From IMG/VR virus record IMGVR_UViG_3300028558_000016, positions 62,001 through 126,000 of that record: a DNA stretch of 64,000 nucleotides; one strand, written 5' to 3'. The translations under genes and the position numbers were made by a program. Below the pieces are notes generated by a model. It searched no databases. It was not told the origin of the DNA and was given only the letters and a program-made list of their open reading frames with translations. Below, one piece after another: positions 48,068-58,897 of the stretch (position 1 is its first letter; every line of letters starts with the position of its first letter).

Positions 48068-48391
48068 ATGGAAGAAAACAACATTTCAAAAGAAGTAGCA
48101 GAACAGGTAAAAGGAATTTTACCGGATGCAAACAAAGTAGAAGGCGGAACGCTTTCTGATTCTATCGATCCTACAAAATCATTGGAAGAAGCAACACAGG
48201 ATGCTGAATCTGAAATGAGCGTTGAGGACCAACAAGCAATACTTAAACAAATATTGCAACAGTCAAAACAAAAATCGACAATGGGTTTCTTGAAGAAGGC
48301 TTCAAAGCAAAAAAGCTTGAATGCTGAAAAGAAAAGGAAATCAAAAAACAAGGCTCAGAAGAAATCAAGAAAAATAAACAGAAAGAAATAA
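48068..48391 (+). CDS. hypothetical protein (acidic N-terminus, basic C-terminus)
   Basis: ORF in operon. Confidence 0.55.
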   Translation: MEENNISKEVAEQVKGILPDANKVEGGTLSDSIDPTKSLEEATQDAESEMSVEDQQAILKQILQQSKQKSTMGFLKKASKQKSLNAEKKRKSKNKAQKKSRKINRKK

Positions 48392-48392
48392 T

Positions 48393-48698
48393 ATGGCACA
48401 CTACAATAGAAAAGAGAGAAAGAATCTCGCTAAGAGACTTGGACTTAAAAACAACAACGAGACCACTTCACAAAGGCAAGAAAGGATCGAAAGATCAAGA
48501 ATTGCTGGAAATCAGATACATCAGCAATTTCTAATGCAAGTGGAGAACGATCAGAGAAATCAACTTGTAGAAAAAGAAGCACAAGTATTAAAGTCATTGA
48601 CTGAAAGCGTTGGCGCTGAGGAAGCTGCAAGAATAATTGCAAGCAACAAAGCTGCTGAAGAAAAAAGGAGATTAAAACTCCAAAAAAGAAACAAATAA
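48393..48698 (+). CDS. hypothetical helical protein
   Basis: ORF in operon. Confidence 0.55.
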   Translation: MAHYNRKERKNLAKRLGLKNNNETTSQRQERIERSRIAGNQIHQQFLMQVENDQRNQLVEKEAQVLKSLTESVGAEEAARIIASNKAAEEKRRLKLQKRNK

Positions 48699-48702
48699 TT
48701 TT

Positions 48703-49065
48703 TTGAAAATTATCTTCACGAAGGAGGACAAAAAGGTTGTCCGCAAAACCATTGACGGTTTTAGACAAAGCTACATCATAGATGCTCGAGAGATTATTCT
48801 TGAGTTTGACTATGTTGAAACTCCTGTTATCAATAGTCCTCAGGACTTTATAATAAACAAGGAATTGGAAAAGAAACTTGCGCAAGCTCTTATCAACAAG
48901 AAGAGTCAACAAGTTATTTATTTCCATTACACTCTCTCAGGCACGTTCATAAAGAACATCAAAGCATTTTTTAAGGTGCATGGAATAAGACCTGAATACT
49001 GCATCTTTGATCCAAACAAGGACTCAAAAAAGATTTGGCACTTATTCGACGAAGTGCTTGTATAA
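48703..49065 (+). CDS. hypothetical protein
   Basis: TTG start, ends at a terminator. Confidence 0.5.
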   Translation: MKIIFTKEDKKVVRKTIDGFRQSYIIDAREIILEFDYVETPVINSPQDFIINKELEKKLAQALINKKSQQVIYFHYTLSGTFIKNIKAFFKVHGIRPEYCIFDPNKDSKKIWHLFDEVLV

Positions 49066-49097
49066 AAAAAGCCTGCATCACGCAGGCTTTTTCTTTT
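49064..49097. terminator. bidirectional terminator between convergent genes
   Basis: AAAAAGCCTGC-atcac-GCAGGCTTTTT. Confidence 0.85.
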
Positions 49098-49112
49098 CCA
49101 TAATTTACCGGT

Positions 49113-49553
49113 TTAAAGAACAGTAGACGCGTTCTTAATAACTGAGGTTGCATGTATTTCAAGTTTGTCGATGTTCTCGATTTGCTTGTCAATTGCTTCC
49201 ACACTGTTTAAGTGCTCCTGTTTTTTCGCGATCAATTTGCTTTTCATTGAAACTGTGTCCAATACCGTTGTCGATTTTTTGAACGGTAAAGCTTTTTTAA
49301 CAGCGATCGGTGCTGTTTTTTTCGGAGCTGATTTTGCTTTGCTCACTGTTCCAGGAAGTGCATAAACTCCTGCATCCACGCGAGTGATCAAACCGTCCTT
49401 CATCATTGTTGGAAGCAAATAATTCATTGAAGCCCTTGATTTGGCTTTAGTGATTTTCATTGCCTGGTCAGTAGTTATTTTACGACCTGGTTTTTCATTT
49501 AAGTAGTTTATAACTACGTCTGATTGTTTTACTTTTTTACTTGTTGTACTCAT
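49113..49553 (-). CDS. basic winged-helix-like DNA-binding protein
   Basis: M.KDGLITRVDAGVYAL wing motif, Lys/Ala-rich tail; own TAnnTTTG promoter. Confidence 0.55.
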   Translation of the reverse strand: MSTTSKKVKQSDVVINYLNEKPGRKITTDQAMKITKAKSRASMNYLLPTMMKDGLITRVDAGVYALPGTVSKAKSAPKKTAPIAVKKALPFKKSTTVLDTVSMKSKLIAKKQEHLNSVEAIDKQIENIDKLEIHATSVIKNASTVL

Positions 49554-49721
49554 ATTTATATGGTTTAGAATACAAACATACTCATTATTTCTCAAATATA
49601 AAAATATTTCGAAAAATAATGAAAATGAGACAGTTAGCTGTCAATAAGTTAGCCTGTTTCTATGCAATGGTCATTATAGAAGAGGCAAATATATAGAATA
49701 ACAAACATAATAGAGACCAAC

Positions 49722-51452
49722 ATGGCATTCGCTCCTTTAAGTAATAACACAGGCACAACGGACACAAATTCCATTGACAAGTTCTTTGCAGATAAAACTG
49801 GACAATCATTTAATCCAGATTATCAGAATGGAACTTTGTCATACGCGTTTTCGGATAACTTACAAGCCGACGATGCGCCATTCATGGGAACCAAATCCAT
49901 ATTCAATGAGTATGCGATTTTCAGAATGGAGACTGCGGCAGGCGATAACAAGCTGTTGCATGATTTAACTGGGCAACCAGGCATCACTCCTTTTTATTCA
50001 AGAAACCCGTCGGCATCAAATATTATAGCTTGGTCGCAAGAACAACACTCTGGATACTCTCCATTTGGTTCTGCCCCATATTCTTATGCTGACTTTTTAT
50101 ATTGCAAGTATCATGCTGAGATTCCTAATAACTACCTCGTAACTTTAAGAAGGTATCCTATACCAATGCTTGACAACTTGAAGACCGATGACGGAAGCAA
50201 TATTCCACCGTTGGCACAAGCTGTTACATGGTTTGGTTCTGAAACCGGAAACTCGTTGAAGGACATAATGAAATTCACGTTCGGACAAAATTGGAAAGAG
50301 ATTGAAGCAAGTGTGCAGGAAGTTATTGGTAACGAAAGAGGGTTTGACGACGGAGCATTGGCTGGAGTTCCCGGAGGAAATGCCGTCAAAGGTGCACTCG
50401 CGTTTTTAAATCCAAAAGATTATTCTGGATTATCACAAGCCACTTCTGACTATGCTCAAAAGACTTACGGAAGCGAAGGTCCATACGCAAATAAAGTTTA
50501 TGGTCCTGTTAACGTAATTCACAAGACTTTCGTTAGAGATAGAGGTATGCATTTTGAAGGAGACATCAGCATCAATTTCCACTATTCTTTAAAGTCTATC
50601 GGAAACATAAATCCAAAAGCTGCAATGCTCGATTTAATGTCGAACATTCTTACATTGACATACAACAATGCTAAATTCTGGGGTGGTGCCATAAGGTATT
50701 TTCCTCAATATCCAAGGGTTAGACAATTTGGTGACCAAAAGAAATTTTATAGCGGTGACATAGACGGATATTTAAGTTCATTGTCTGCTGAATTTGGAAA
50801 ATTGAGCGACACGTTCATGAAGACTCTTTCAGGACTGTTAGATAATCCTTTACAGGCATTACAGGAGTTGACAAAGGGTGGTGGTAAAATGTTCTTAGCT
50901 AATAAGGCAGCACAGAACAGACCACAAATCCTGGCAATGAGATCCTTATTAACTGGTGACCCAGTGGGTGAATGGCATCTTGTTGTAGGAAATCCTATGA
51001 ATCCAATCGCAATGATAGGAAACTTAATATGCACTGACGTTGATTTTGAATTCAATGATGAATTAGGAAATGACGACTTCCCAACTGAATTAAAAGTTAA
51101 CATAAAATTGAAACATGGGAAACCAAGAGACAAAGGTGACATAGAATCTATGTTTAACCTTGGTAATGGTAGAATGTATTACGGAATAAATGATTCAGCA
51201 TTCTCTTCTGCGCACAATTCTGTTGTTGATACTTCAAAGTGGAAAGGAAACGTAGAAAATGCTGGACTCACATCGAATAAATCTCAAAATGTCGTGCAGC
51301 CAACAAGCGTGACTGCATCTAATTTGAACAATTCAAATAACACTGCGAGAAAATCCATGTGGGGTAACTCTTTCAGAAAGAACGAATATGACTTAACAAA
51401 GGCATGGGCTGGAAGTGCACCACCTCCACCGCAAACTAAACCTAAGAAATAA
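49722..51452 (+). CDS. putative baseplate/tail structural protein
   Basis: First gene of the baseplate operon; GEWHLVVGNPMNPI..IGNLIC...DDFPTEL tube-initiator-like C-terminus. Confidence 0.6.
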   Translation: MAFAPLSNNTGTTDTNSIDKFFADKTGQSFNPDYQNGTLSYAFSDNLQADDAPFMGTKSIFNEYAIFRMETAAGDNKLLHDLTGQPGITPFYSRNPSASNIIAWSQEQHSGYSPFGSAPYSYADFLYCKYHAEIPNNYLVTLRRYPIPMLDNLKTDDGSNIPPLAQAVTWFGSETGNSLKDIMKFTFGQNWKEIEASVQEVIGNERGFDDGALAGVPGGNAVKGALAFLNPKDYSGLSQATSDYAQKTYGSEGPYANKVYGPVNVIHKTFVRDRGMHFEGDISINFHYSLKSIGNINPKAAMLDLMSNILTLTYNNAKFWGGAIRYFPQYPRVRQFGDQKKFYSGDIDGYLSSLSAEFGKLSDTFMKTLSGLLDNPLQALQELTKGGGKMFLANKAAQNRPQILAMRSLLTGDPVGEWHLVVGNPMNPIAMIGNLICTDVDFEFNDELGNDDFPTELKVNIKLKHGKPRDKGDIESMFNLGNGRMYYGINDSAFSSAHNSVVDTSKWKGNVENAGLTSNKSQNVVQPTSVTASNLNNSNNTARKSMWGNSFRKNEYDLTKAWAGSAPPPPQTKPKK

Positions 51453-51453
51453 A

Positions 51454-52062
51454 ATGCTCTCATTAGATACATTAACAAAAAAGACGACAGCAGTAAATCA
51501 ATTCGGTGAGAACATCATCGATTTGACGTTTGCTTCATTTCTCTATAACAGAGATGTGACCGTCACAGCGAGTACAATGGTGACCGATGATTTTGAGATG
51601 AGGCCAGATCTTATCGCAAGAATATATTATGGAAATATTAGCAAGCTTGATTACATTCTTAAATTCAACGGAATATCAAACCCATTTTCTTTAGAACGTG
51701 GAACGATTTTATTGATTGGCGACTTAAAAGAAATGGAATCAAATTTCGTCAATGTTACAACAAACAGTCCTGAAACTAAATCTGCGGATCTAAGAGCAAA
51801 ATTCTTTGACAAGAACAGATTGAGCAAGAAGGACGTGAAGAGATTGGAACTTGTTCAACAAAAATCCAGTCAATTCCAAAATGCTGCTTCAAACCTTCCG
51901 CCAAACATGGCCGATATTGGATCTCAAGAAATTAAGGTTGAAAACGGAGTTGTTGTATTTGGTGGAGATGTTGTTGCAAACAAGGATAACTGTCCTGAAG
52001 TTCTTTCAAGAGCAAAGGTTAAAGCTAAATTATTGGAAAAGAAAATCTTTCAAAATACTTAA
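51454..52062 (+). CDS. baseplate wedge protein (gp53/LysM-like)
   Basis: RPDLIARIYYG...ILKFNGISNPF. Confidence 0.75.
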   Translation: MLSLDTLTKKTTAVNQFGENIIDLTFASFLYNRDVTVTASTMVTDDFEMRPDLIARIYYGNISKLDYILKFNGISNPFSLERGTILLIGDLKEMESNFVNVTTNSPETKSADLRAKFFDKNRLSKKDVKRLELVQQKSSQFQNAASNLPPNMADIGSQEIKVENGVVVFGGDVVANKDNCPEVLSRAKVKAKLLEKKIFQNT

Positions 52063-52065
52063 TAA

Positions 52066-53532
52066 ATGAGTTTAGATAGGAAAATACTTACTATAACAAA
52101 ACCAACTATTCAAATTGAACAAATGGATCAACCAAACACGGCTGATCCAAACATGCCGCTTCTCTCTACTGAGAATAGGTTTAATCAAGCTGGAGATAGG
52201 TGGCCTCTCATTGAAATAAATAAACATCAATTCGGAGAAAACGACATCGATAGTTTTTATTTGGATGAGACTGGATTCATTCCAAGAATAAGAATAGGAG
52301 TAACAATCACAGATGGTTTGTTCATGTCCAAATATTTTCCTAAGGATGGAGATCCAATGTCTCTATTCATAAGAAGCAAGACCGACGAATTTAAGCCGAT
52401 CAGATGTGATTTTGAAATAACATTTGTAAATGCATTTCCAAGCAAATCAGAAACAGGAGACGTTCAAGCTTTCACGATAGAAGGAATTTTAAGAGTTCCC
52501 GGACTTTATGGAGAATGGTGCAAGACGTTTAAGGACAAAACTTCCTTTGATGCAATCATAGATATATGCAACGAATTGAAAGTAGGATTTGCAAGCAATG
52601 AGACTACAACAAACGATAAACAAAGCTGGATAAATCCATTTGATACATACGAGAAATTCATCAACGATGTTACATTAGCTTCTTACAAAGACGATGACAG
52701 CTTCTTTAAGGGATTTTTTGATCATTATTATTACATGAACTTCGTGAACATGAATAATCAATTTTCAGACGAGTTCGAGCTTGAAGATGCAATAGAGACT
52801 TTAACTTTCAACGATGACTTTTTCAAGGACAAAAGAATTGAAAAGATAGACACACAAATAATGTTGCTCAACAGTAATCAAGTTAGAGCTACTGGAAATT
52901 ACATCCAAGGATACACCCTTATAAATAAGGCAGGACAGGTTGTTATTGATAATGGTTATAGAAGATTCTTACAACATTATGATGCACAATTGTCTGAGAC
53001 AGATCCTCAAAAGAAATATAAAAGCTATTTCGTTGAACCATTGAGTACCAAAGGAACAGACAATAAAATACTTTTAAAGGGAAGACCCAAAGAAGATTTC
53101 TTTGGAAGCGGACCAGACAGAAGCAATTCCAAATTCAATAAACATAAGTGGTTCGGAACTCAATATGGATTGCCTGATGGAAATTGCCATGAAAATTATC
53201 TTCATGCAATAGTTCAAAATAGGCAGAACAATGAAGAGATCGAAAAGATGATGTTGAGAGTTAATCTTGGAAAATGTAACTTCAATCTTTACAGAGGACA
53301 AAGAGTTCCTGTATTAATAGTGAACGTTGCAAATCAATCAAGACAGAAACAAACCGCTGATGACTCACAAAGCGACGATAGCAGTTTCAGTTTCGATAAG
53401 TTCCTCACAGGATACTATACAATATATGGAATGACTTACTCTTGGAGTTCAAGCGATGGTTTGTTCGTTCAGGAATTAATGTTAACCAGAAGAGAATGGC
53501 CTATACCAAATTTCTCAGCCGTAGTTAATTAA
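52066..53532 (+). CDS. putative baseplate hub protein (gp27-like)
   Basis: Lies between gp53- and gp5-like genes; C-terminal LTGYYTI...QELMLTRREW. Confidence 0.55.
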   Translation: MSLDRKILTITKPTIQIEQMDQPNTADPNMPLLSTENRFNQAGDRWPLIEINKHQFGENDIDSFYLDETGFIPRIRIGVTITDGLFMSKYFPKDGDPMSLFIRSKTDEFKPIRCDFEITFVNAFPSKSETGDVQAFTIEGILRVPGLYGEWCKTFKDKTSFDAIIDICNELKVGFASNETTTNDKQSWINPFDTYEKFINDVTLASYKDDDSFFKGFFDHYYYMNFVNMNNQFSDEFELEDAIETLTFNDDFFKDKRIEKIDTQIMLLNSNQVRATGNYIQGYTLINKAGQVVIDNGYRRFLQHYDAQLSETDPQKKYKSYFVEPLSTKGTDNKILLKGRPKEDFFGSGPDRSNSKFNKHKWFGTQYGLPDGNCHENYLHAIVQNRQNNEEIEKMMLRVNLGKCNFNLYRGQRVPVLIVNVANQSRQKQTADDSQSDDSSFSFDKFLTGYYTIYGMTYSWSSSDGLFVQELMLTRREWPIPNFSAVVN

Positions 53533-53544
53533 ATTTTTTAATAC

Positions 53545-54876
53545 ATGAATAACGCAATAGATCAAAATATAAATAAATTCTTCAAGGGATTTTTAACTAC
53601 CAAGCAAGGTGGATTCGAAGATCCTACTTATCTTGGATTTAGACTTGTTTTCGATTTTACACCTAACCAAAGAAATTTGGAAACAGGACAGACCGATGAT
53701 CCTTTATTTGCTGAAGACCCAACTCTCGAAAGCGCTATAAGATATTTGGAAGCCACTGGTTATCCAAATAGAGCTGGCATGCTTCGTACGTTCAAGGCTA
53801 ATTTGCAATACATAAACAAGGAGACTCCATGGTACTTTCAAACCATTAGCGGATTAAATGATATTTGGAAAATAGAATTTGGAGAAAATTTTAACCCGTT
53901 CAGAGGTAAAGATAAAGTTCTTGAGATAGCCTGTCTTGAAAGCATTGATTTAAGAATTACTGCTCTCGCGGATTTATATAGAAAAGCAACGTTCGATGCG
54001 AAGTACATGAGGTCTCTTGTTCCTGAAAATCTTAGATGGTTTACAGTGAGAGTTCAATTGGCTGAGATAAGACAATTCCAAAGAGTAAAATCTTCCATTG
54101 ATAAAATAAATGGTAATATAGTAAATCAAAATCCAAACACTGAAGATTTTACTTCGGGTGCAGCTTTAAGTGATTTAGCATTTACTGGAAGTTCAGCTTC
54201 CACAGATCCAGAAATAGAAAACATAGATAATCTTGTTTCGTTAATGGAATTTCATCTGTCTCATTGCACGTTTGATTTCTGGGAAAGTTTCCCGTCAGAC
54301 AAAGAGATTTCTATGAACGGAGAAATGGAGATGGCAAAACAAAAGTTTAAGATACACGTAGGACATATTAAAGAGCAACATCAATATAAGCTTCTTGATT
54401 TAGTGTTAAAAGATGGATTGACTGGTGAGAACGGAAACAACTTAAAAAGTATTCCAGACTTTGATAAGGCTTTCAACAACAGACCTGACAACATATTAAA
54501 GAATACTATAAGTGGAATTGGAAGTAGCCTTCAAGACAAATTGAACCAGATTGCTGGAGTTCCAGCAAATTTAATATCAAGAGGAGTAAATGCAGCAGGT
54601 GCAGCAATAACAACTCAAGTTCTTGGAAATGTTTATGATTTGAGAAACCAATCATTACAAACAATTTTCAACGCCTTCGTTGGACAGGCTCAGCAATTGG
54701 TTGGAAATGTTTTACCAACCATTCAAAAAGGAGCTCAGTCACTGACTGACGTGTTTCCAAATGTTCCTGGTTCTGATTTGATCACCAAATCAACCGCTAA
54801 CATGGGTAATGCGTTACCAACACCTGCAACTCGTGCAGCAAATCTTAATGAAAATCTCGGAAACGTTTATAAATAA
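53545..54876 (+). CDS. putative tail/baseplate structural protein
   Basis: DPTYLGF, PWYFQTISGL, CLESIDLRI; operon context. Confidence 0.55.
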   Translation: MNNAIDQNINKFFKGFLTTKQGGFEDPTYLGFRLVFDFTPNQRNLETGQTDDPLFAEDPTLESAIRYLEATGYPNRAGMLRTFKANLQYINKETPWYFQTISGLNDIWKIEFGENFNPFRGKDKVLEIACLESIDLRITALADLYRKATFDAKYMRSLVPENLRWFTVRVQLAEIRQFQRVKSSIDKINGNIVNQNPNTEDFTSGAALSDLAFTGSSASTDPEIENIDNLVSLMEFHLSHCTFDFWESFPSDKEISMNGEMEMAKQKFKIHVGHIKEQHQYKLLDLVLKDGLTGENGNNLKSIPDFDKAFNNRPDNILKNTISGIGSSLQDKLNQIAGVPANLISRGVNAAGAAITTQVLGNVYDLRNQSLQTIFNAFVGQAQQLVGNVLPTIQKGAQSLTDVFPNVPGSDLITKSTANMGNALPTPATRAANLNENLGNVYK

Positions 54877-54881
54877 TTATC

Positions 54882-55655
54882 ATGATCAAAAGAGAACAGT
54901 GGATAAAAGATGATTTGAGAGAGATGGATTTTCTCGGAGTAGTCGTCAATAACGATGATCCAAAAAAGATTGGACGTTGTAGAATAAGAGTATTTGGAAA
55001 ATTCGATGAACTTGATGATGCAGATCTTCCATGGGCAAATCCGATGAGAGGTTTATCTTTCGGACAAGACGGCGGGTCAGGACAATTTTCAACACCAAAG
55101 AAGGATGCAGTAGTTAAAGTAAAATTTAACAACGGCAACATATATTCGCCTGAATATTATTCAATACAAGAACTCGCAACTGATCTTAAGAATGAAATAA
55201 ATGGTTCTTACCAAAATGCGCACTCATTGATTTATGATAATGATGAGAAGCTAAGAATGTATTACACTCAACAAAAGGGTATTACTATATTTCTAAAAGA
55301 CTCGAGAATAAACATTGCCAATGATAATGCAATAGTTATTGAACACAAAGACACAAGTGCCATAATAGAATTAAGAGGTAATAACATAACCATCACTGCT
55401 AACTCAGAAATAAACTTAACCGGTGGTTCGAGAATAAAAGCAACAGCTCCAGAAGTATGGATGGATGGCAAAGAAACAAAAGCAGGACATGTGCCTTCAT
55501 ACAGCATGGTTCTCGGTGAACCTCTTTTTGCTTTTCTAAAAACTCTCGCAGCAACAGTTGACGCAAAACTTTATCCCACTCCTGGTGCAATGGCAACAGC
55601 ATGTACAACAGCTGAGCAACTAAGTTTGTCAAATACTTGTAAAGTTGCTAAATAA
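54882..55655 (+). CDS. baseplate spike protein (gp5 OB-fold/VgrG-like)
   Basis: GVVVNNDDPKKIGRCRIRVFG...LPWA.P and beta-helix repeats. Confidence 0.85.
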   Translation: MIKREQWIKDDLREMDFLGVVVNNDDPKKIGRCRIRVFGKFDELDDADLPWANPMRGLSFGQDGGSGQFSTPKKDAVVKVKFNNGNIYSPEYYSIQELATDLKNEINGSYQNAHSLIYDNDEKLRMYYTQQKGITIFLKDSRINIANDNAIVIEHKDTSAIIELRGNNITITANSEINLTGGSRIKATAPEVWMDGKETKAGHVPSYSMVLGEPLFAFLKTLAATVDAKLYPTPGAMATACTTAEQLSLSNTCKVAK

Positions 55656-55735
55656 ATTTTTCTATTACTTAATTTTTCACTAAATTCGTTCATCCCCTAA
55701 ATTGCCCCTGATATTATTTAAGAGTAGACATTAAC

Positions 55736-56551
55736 GTGAAGAAAGCGTATCATTATACAGATTGGCGATTGAACGATAAGAAGGAATTCTGCGGAATAAA
55801 CTTCGGATACGATTTTTGCGCTGAACATGAATTTGGAATTGCTGGGATAAGAGAAGGGTTTGGAATCAAAACATACACCGGAAACCAAACCATAAATGCA
55901 ATAAAGAAATTTGTCGGAACTCTAAAACCAACGTTGGGAATAGATGCAAGACTCATAACTCAAAAACCTCTTACTTTACAGTTCAGACAGAAAGGTGATT
56001 TCTGCGCAGTATATTACGCATCATCAAAATTCAGCGATTCAATCTTAGAAGAAGGAATTAAATCTCTTGCATGGGAAATGAATAAGCCGCATGGAAAAGA
56101 TTTGCTGTGTTATTGGGGAGATGACAGCTTCATGATTATCACGACTAATCAAGATTATTATCTGCTTATTAGAAAAGCTTTTGCAGAGAACAACATTGCA
56201 ATATTTACTGCTGGAAAAAATGGGCTTGTTATTTGCATGCCTAACAAACTTGACGACAGAACAAAGACCGAGCTTTATTCAAGCGATCTTAACATGTGGG
56301 AGCTTAAACAGGCATCCGATGAAACAGGAATAGAAAGAGAATTAAAATCAGCCAAGAAAGAAATGCTGGTGTTGACTCCTGGATGGAAAAACAGAACAAC
56401 CAAAGAGGTTCATTATTGGATGAATCCAAAAGACCAACAGAAATATAATCATGGTTGGTTTACGGCTGCGGAATTAAAGGAATGGATAAACGAAAAAGGA
56501 CCTATAATTAAAACCACAGAAACAAAAATCAAAAATGGAAACACTAAATGA
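55736..56551 (+). CDS. hypothetical protein
   Basis: Long ORF with GTG start. Confidence 0.6.
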   Translation: MKKAYHYTDWRLNDKKEFCGINFGYDFCAEHEFGIAGIREGFGIKTYTGNQTINAIKKFVGTLKPTLGIDARLITQKPLTLQFRQKGDFCAVYYASSKFSDSILEEGIKSLAWEMNKPHGKDLLCYWGDDSFMIITTNQDYYLLIRKAFAENNIAIFTAGKNGLVICMPNKLDDRTKTELYSSDLNMWELKQASDETGIERELKSAKKEMLVLTPGWKNRTTKEVHYWMNPKDQQKYNHGWFTAAELKEWINEKGPIIKTTETKIKNGNTK

Positions 56552-56819
56552 TACGCAACGAACTCTGATAAGAACTCAGAAAGTTCAGGACTGTCAGACT
56601 ATTAGTGACTTAGAAAAACTGTTTGATGAATTTAAAACTATTCAAGGCGCAAGCAAAGAATACAGTTCTGAGACACTCAAATTCAAATTAGAACAATTGA
56701 GATTTTTATTAAACAGCGAATTAAAATTCGATGATGTTCCATGGAACGTGATAACAAGATCACATGGCATAAGAGCCAAATGCATGGAATTATTTTACTA
56801 CGAAAAACATGGAGTTTAA
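56535..56819 (+). CDS. hypothetical protein
   Basis: Coupled ORF; ITRSHGIRAK. Confidence 0.55.
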   Translation: METLNDTQRTLIRTQKVQDCQTISDLEKLFDEFKTIQGASKEYSSETLKFKLEQLRFLLNSELKFDDVPWNVITRSHGIRAKCMELFYYEKHGV

Positions 56820-56833
56820 GCACTACACAAACT

Positions 56834-57673
56834 ATGTCCATAAAAGATATTTTTAAAGGAATTTTTGATAAAGCATTTCAGACTCTTGGAGACCGAATGA
56901 AAGGTTACGAGAAAGCAGATAAGAGAAAGCTTGAACCAAAAACTCCGGTTATTATAAGGCTCGACGGAAGAGCTTTTCACACATATACAAGAGGGTTTAA
57001 GAAACCTTATGACGAAGTCATTGGTAACGCTATGAAATACACCACAATAAAATTGTGCGAGGAAGTTCAGAACGTCAGGCTTGCGTATTCACAATCGGAC
57101 GAGATAACATTATTCTTGGCTGATTATGGAAATAAAAACACTCAGCAATGGTTCAACGGAGAAGTTGACAAGATCGTTTCATTGTCTGCTTCTATTGCAA
57201 CGTATTACTTCAATGAGTATATGGAAATACATCATTGGAGCAAATACCCAGAGAAGAAAAAACCTGCCACATTTGATTCAAGGTCATTCAACATTCCAAG
57301 ACATGAGGTCACCAATAATTTTATTTGGAGACAACAAGATGGAATAAGAAATTCCATATCGGGGTTGGCACAAGCTAATTATTCAGATAAAGAACTTCAT
57401 CGTAAAAGCACAGCTCAAATGTTATCCATGTTAGAAGATAAAAAAGTACATTGGGATGAGATGAGCACTTACAAGAAAAGAGGTTTTTGCGTAACTAAAG
57501 AATATTTCGTGCTTGAAGCTTCTGAACTCAATCTTCCTGAAAATGTGAAGGTTACAGAACCCATAATGAGATCTAAATGGGTTGTGGATGAGGACGTACC
57601 AATCTTTTCAGAAGATAAATCCTATATAGAGGTTTTGGTAACATTAGGAGAACTTGCCAATAAATATGAATAA
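56834..57673 (+). CDS. tRNA-His guanylyltransferase / Thg1-like 3'-5' polymerase
   Basis: RLDGRAFH, QSDEI, FDSR, WRQQD..RNS. Confidence 0.9.
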   Translation: MSIKDIFKGIFDKAFQTLGDRMKGYEKADKRKLEPKTPVIIRLDGRAFHTYTRGFKKPYDEVIGNAMKYTTIKLCEEVQNVRLAYSQSDEITLFLADYGNKNTQQWFNGEVDKIVSLSASIATYYFNEYMEIHHWSKYPEKKKPATFDSRSFNIPRHEVTNNFIWRQQDGIRNSISGLAQANYSDKELHRKSTAQMLSMLEDKKVHWDEMSTYKKRGFCVTKEYFVLEASELNLPENVKVTEPIMRSKWVVDEDVPIFSEDKSYIEVLVTLGELANKYE

Positions 57674-57700
57674 TTAGCAAATTTTTAGTACTTTTACAAT

Positions 57701-58870
57701 ATGAAAGAGGATACTAAGAAAAGAGCAGTTACCATATTGCTTCATAACGATGATGGAGACATCCTCGCAGTGTCTCGTAAGAATGACATCAATGATTTCG
57801 GATTGCCTGGTGGAAAAATCGATGAAGGTGAAACAGAAGAGCAAGCAATCATAAGAGAAACTAAAGAAGAAACAGGCCTTGACGTTTCAAACCTGCGTCC
57901 ATTCTTTGTAAGAGAAGACGGCGAATATATCAGCACAACTTTTATAGGAAATTATTCAGGTGAAATTTCAACCTCGGAAAAAGGTAAAGTTATTTGGACA
58001 AATTTCGATAAAATCAAAAAAGGTTCATTTGGAAAATACAATGAACAATTAGAAACTTATTTAAAACAGCAACACAAATTCCAGGAACGTGACCTGATAT
58101 TAAATCCTGCAACAGGCGAGGCATTCTTAATATTGCATAAGACAGAAGAAAGTCCGTTAGCAGCTGGAGGATATTTCGTGAAAGCATTTTGTTCAACCAT
58201 TGGATTTGGCTTTATTAAAAAGACGGCATTCGATAATATTAGAATGTATTTGGTTGCTTCGGCTTCGATGATTGGTCCAAATGGTCAAATGATCGAAGGG
58301 TTTGAATCAAAAGATTTTCCACTTAACAAGCTGTTGGAATCTCATTTCACGACTGCTGTTAAAGCTCGCCAGTTTGCGTGTCAATCACATTTTGATGCAA
58401 ATCAATACTACAAGCTTAATAATGAAGTTGATGTTTTATATTCATATCATTTAAGAAAGGTCGTAGATGTTGGAAGAAGATTTCAACACTTGATTCCAGC
58501 AATAGATTGGCCCTATGTTGAAGGAGGTCTTTGGAACCACGATTGTGTTGAAGATGCAAGACAAACCTTCAATGACCTGAAATCTGCAGTAGGAGAAAGA
58601 TCCGCTGTAATAGCATTTGCATTAACCAATTCAACCGGAACAATCAGAAGCGAAAGAGCTGACGATAAGTATTACTTGAAAATAAGAACTACTGAATATG
58701 GAACTTTTGCAAAACTGTGCGACAGGATTGCTAATATCGAACATGGATTAAAACATGGAAGCTCAATGACCAAAAAATACAAGAAAGAACATGAGCATTT
58801 CAAAAAGGAATTATATGTGGCTGGAGAACTCGAGCCAATGTGGGAGTATCTGGAAAACTTGATAGCGTAG
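57701..58870 (+). CDS. Nudix + HD (SpoT/Mesh1-like hydrolase) fusion
   Basis: PGGKID.GE....IRETKEETG; Y..HL..V, HDCVED, KLCDRIAN. Confidence 0.85.
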   Translation: MKEDTKKRAVTILLHNDDGDILAVSRKNDINDFGLPGGKIDEGETEEQAIIRETKEETGLDVSNLRPFFVREDGEYISTTFIGNYSGEISTSEKGKVIWTNFDKIKKGSFGKYNEQLETYLKQQHKFQERDLILNPATGEAFLILHKTEESPLAAGGYFVKAFCSTIGFGFIKKTAFDNIRMYLVASASMIGPNGQMIEGFESKDFPLNKLLESHFTTAVKARQFACQSHFDANQYYKLNNEVDVLYSYHLRKVVDVGRRFQHLIPAIDWPYVEGGLWNHDCVEDARQTFNDLKSAVGERSAVIAFALTNSTGTIRSERADDKYYLKIRTTEYGTFAKLCDRIANIEHGLKHGSSMTKKYKKEHEHFKKELYVAGELEPMWEYLENLIA

Positions 58871-58897
58871 TTGTAGTATAACTTTAAACTTATTGGA

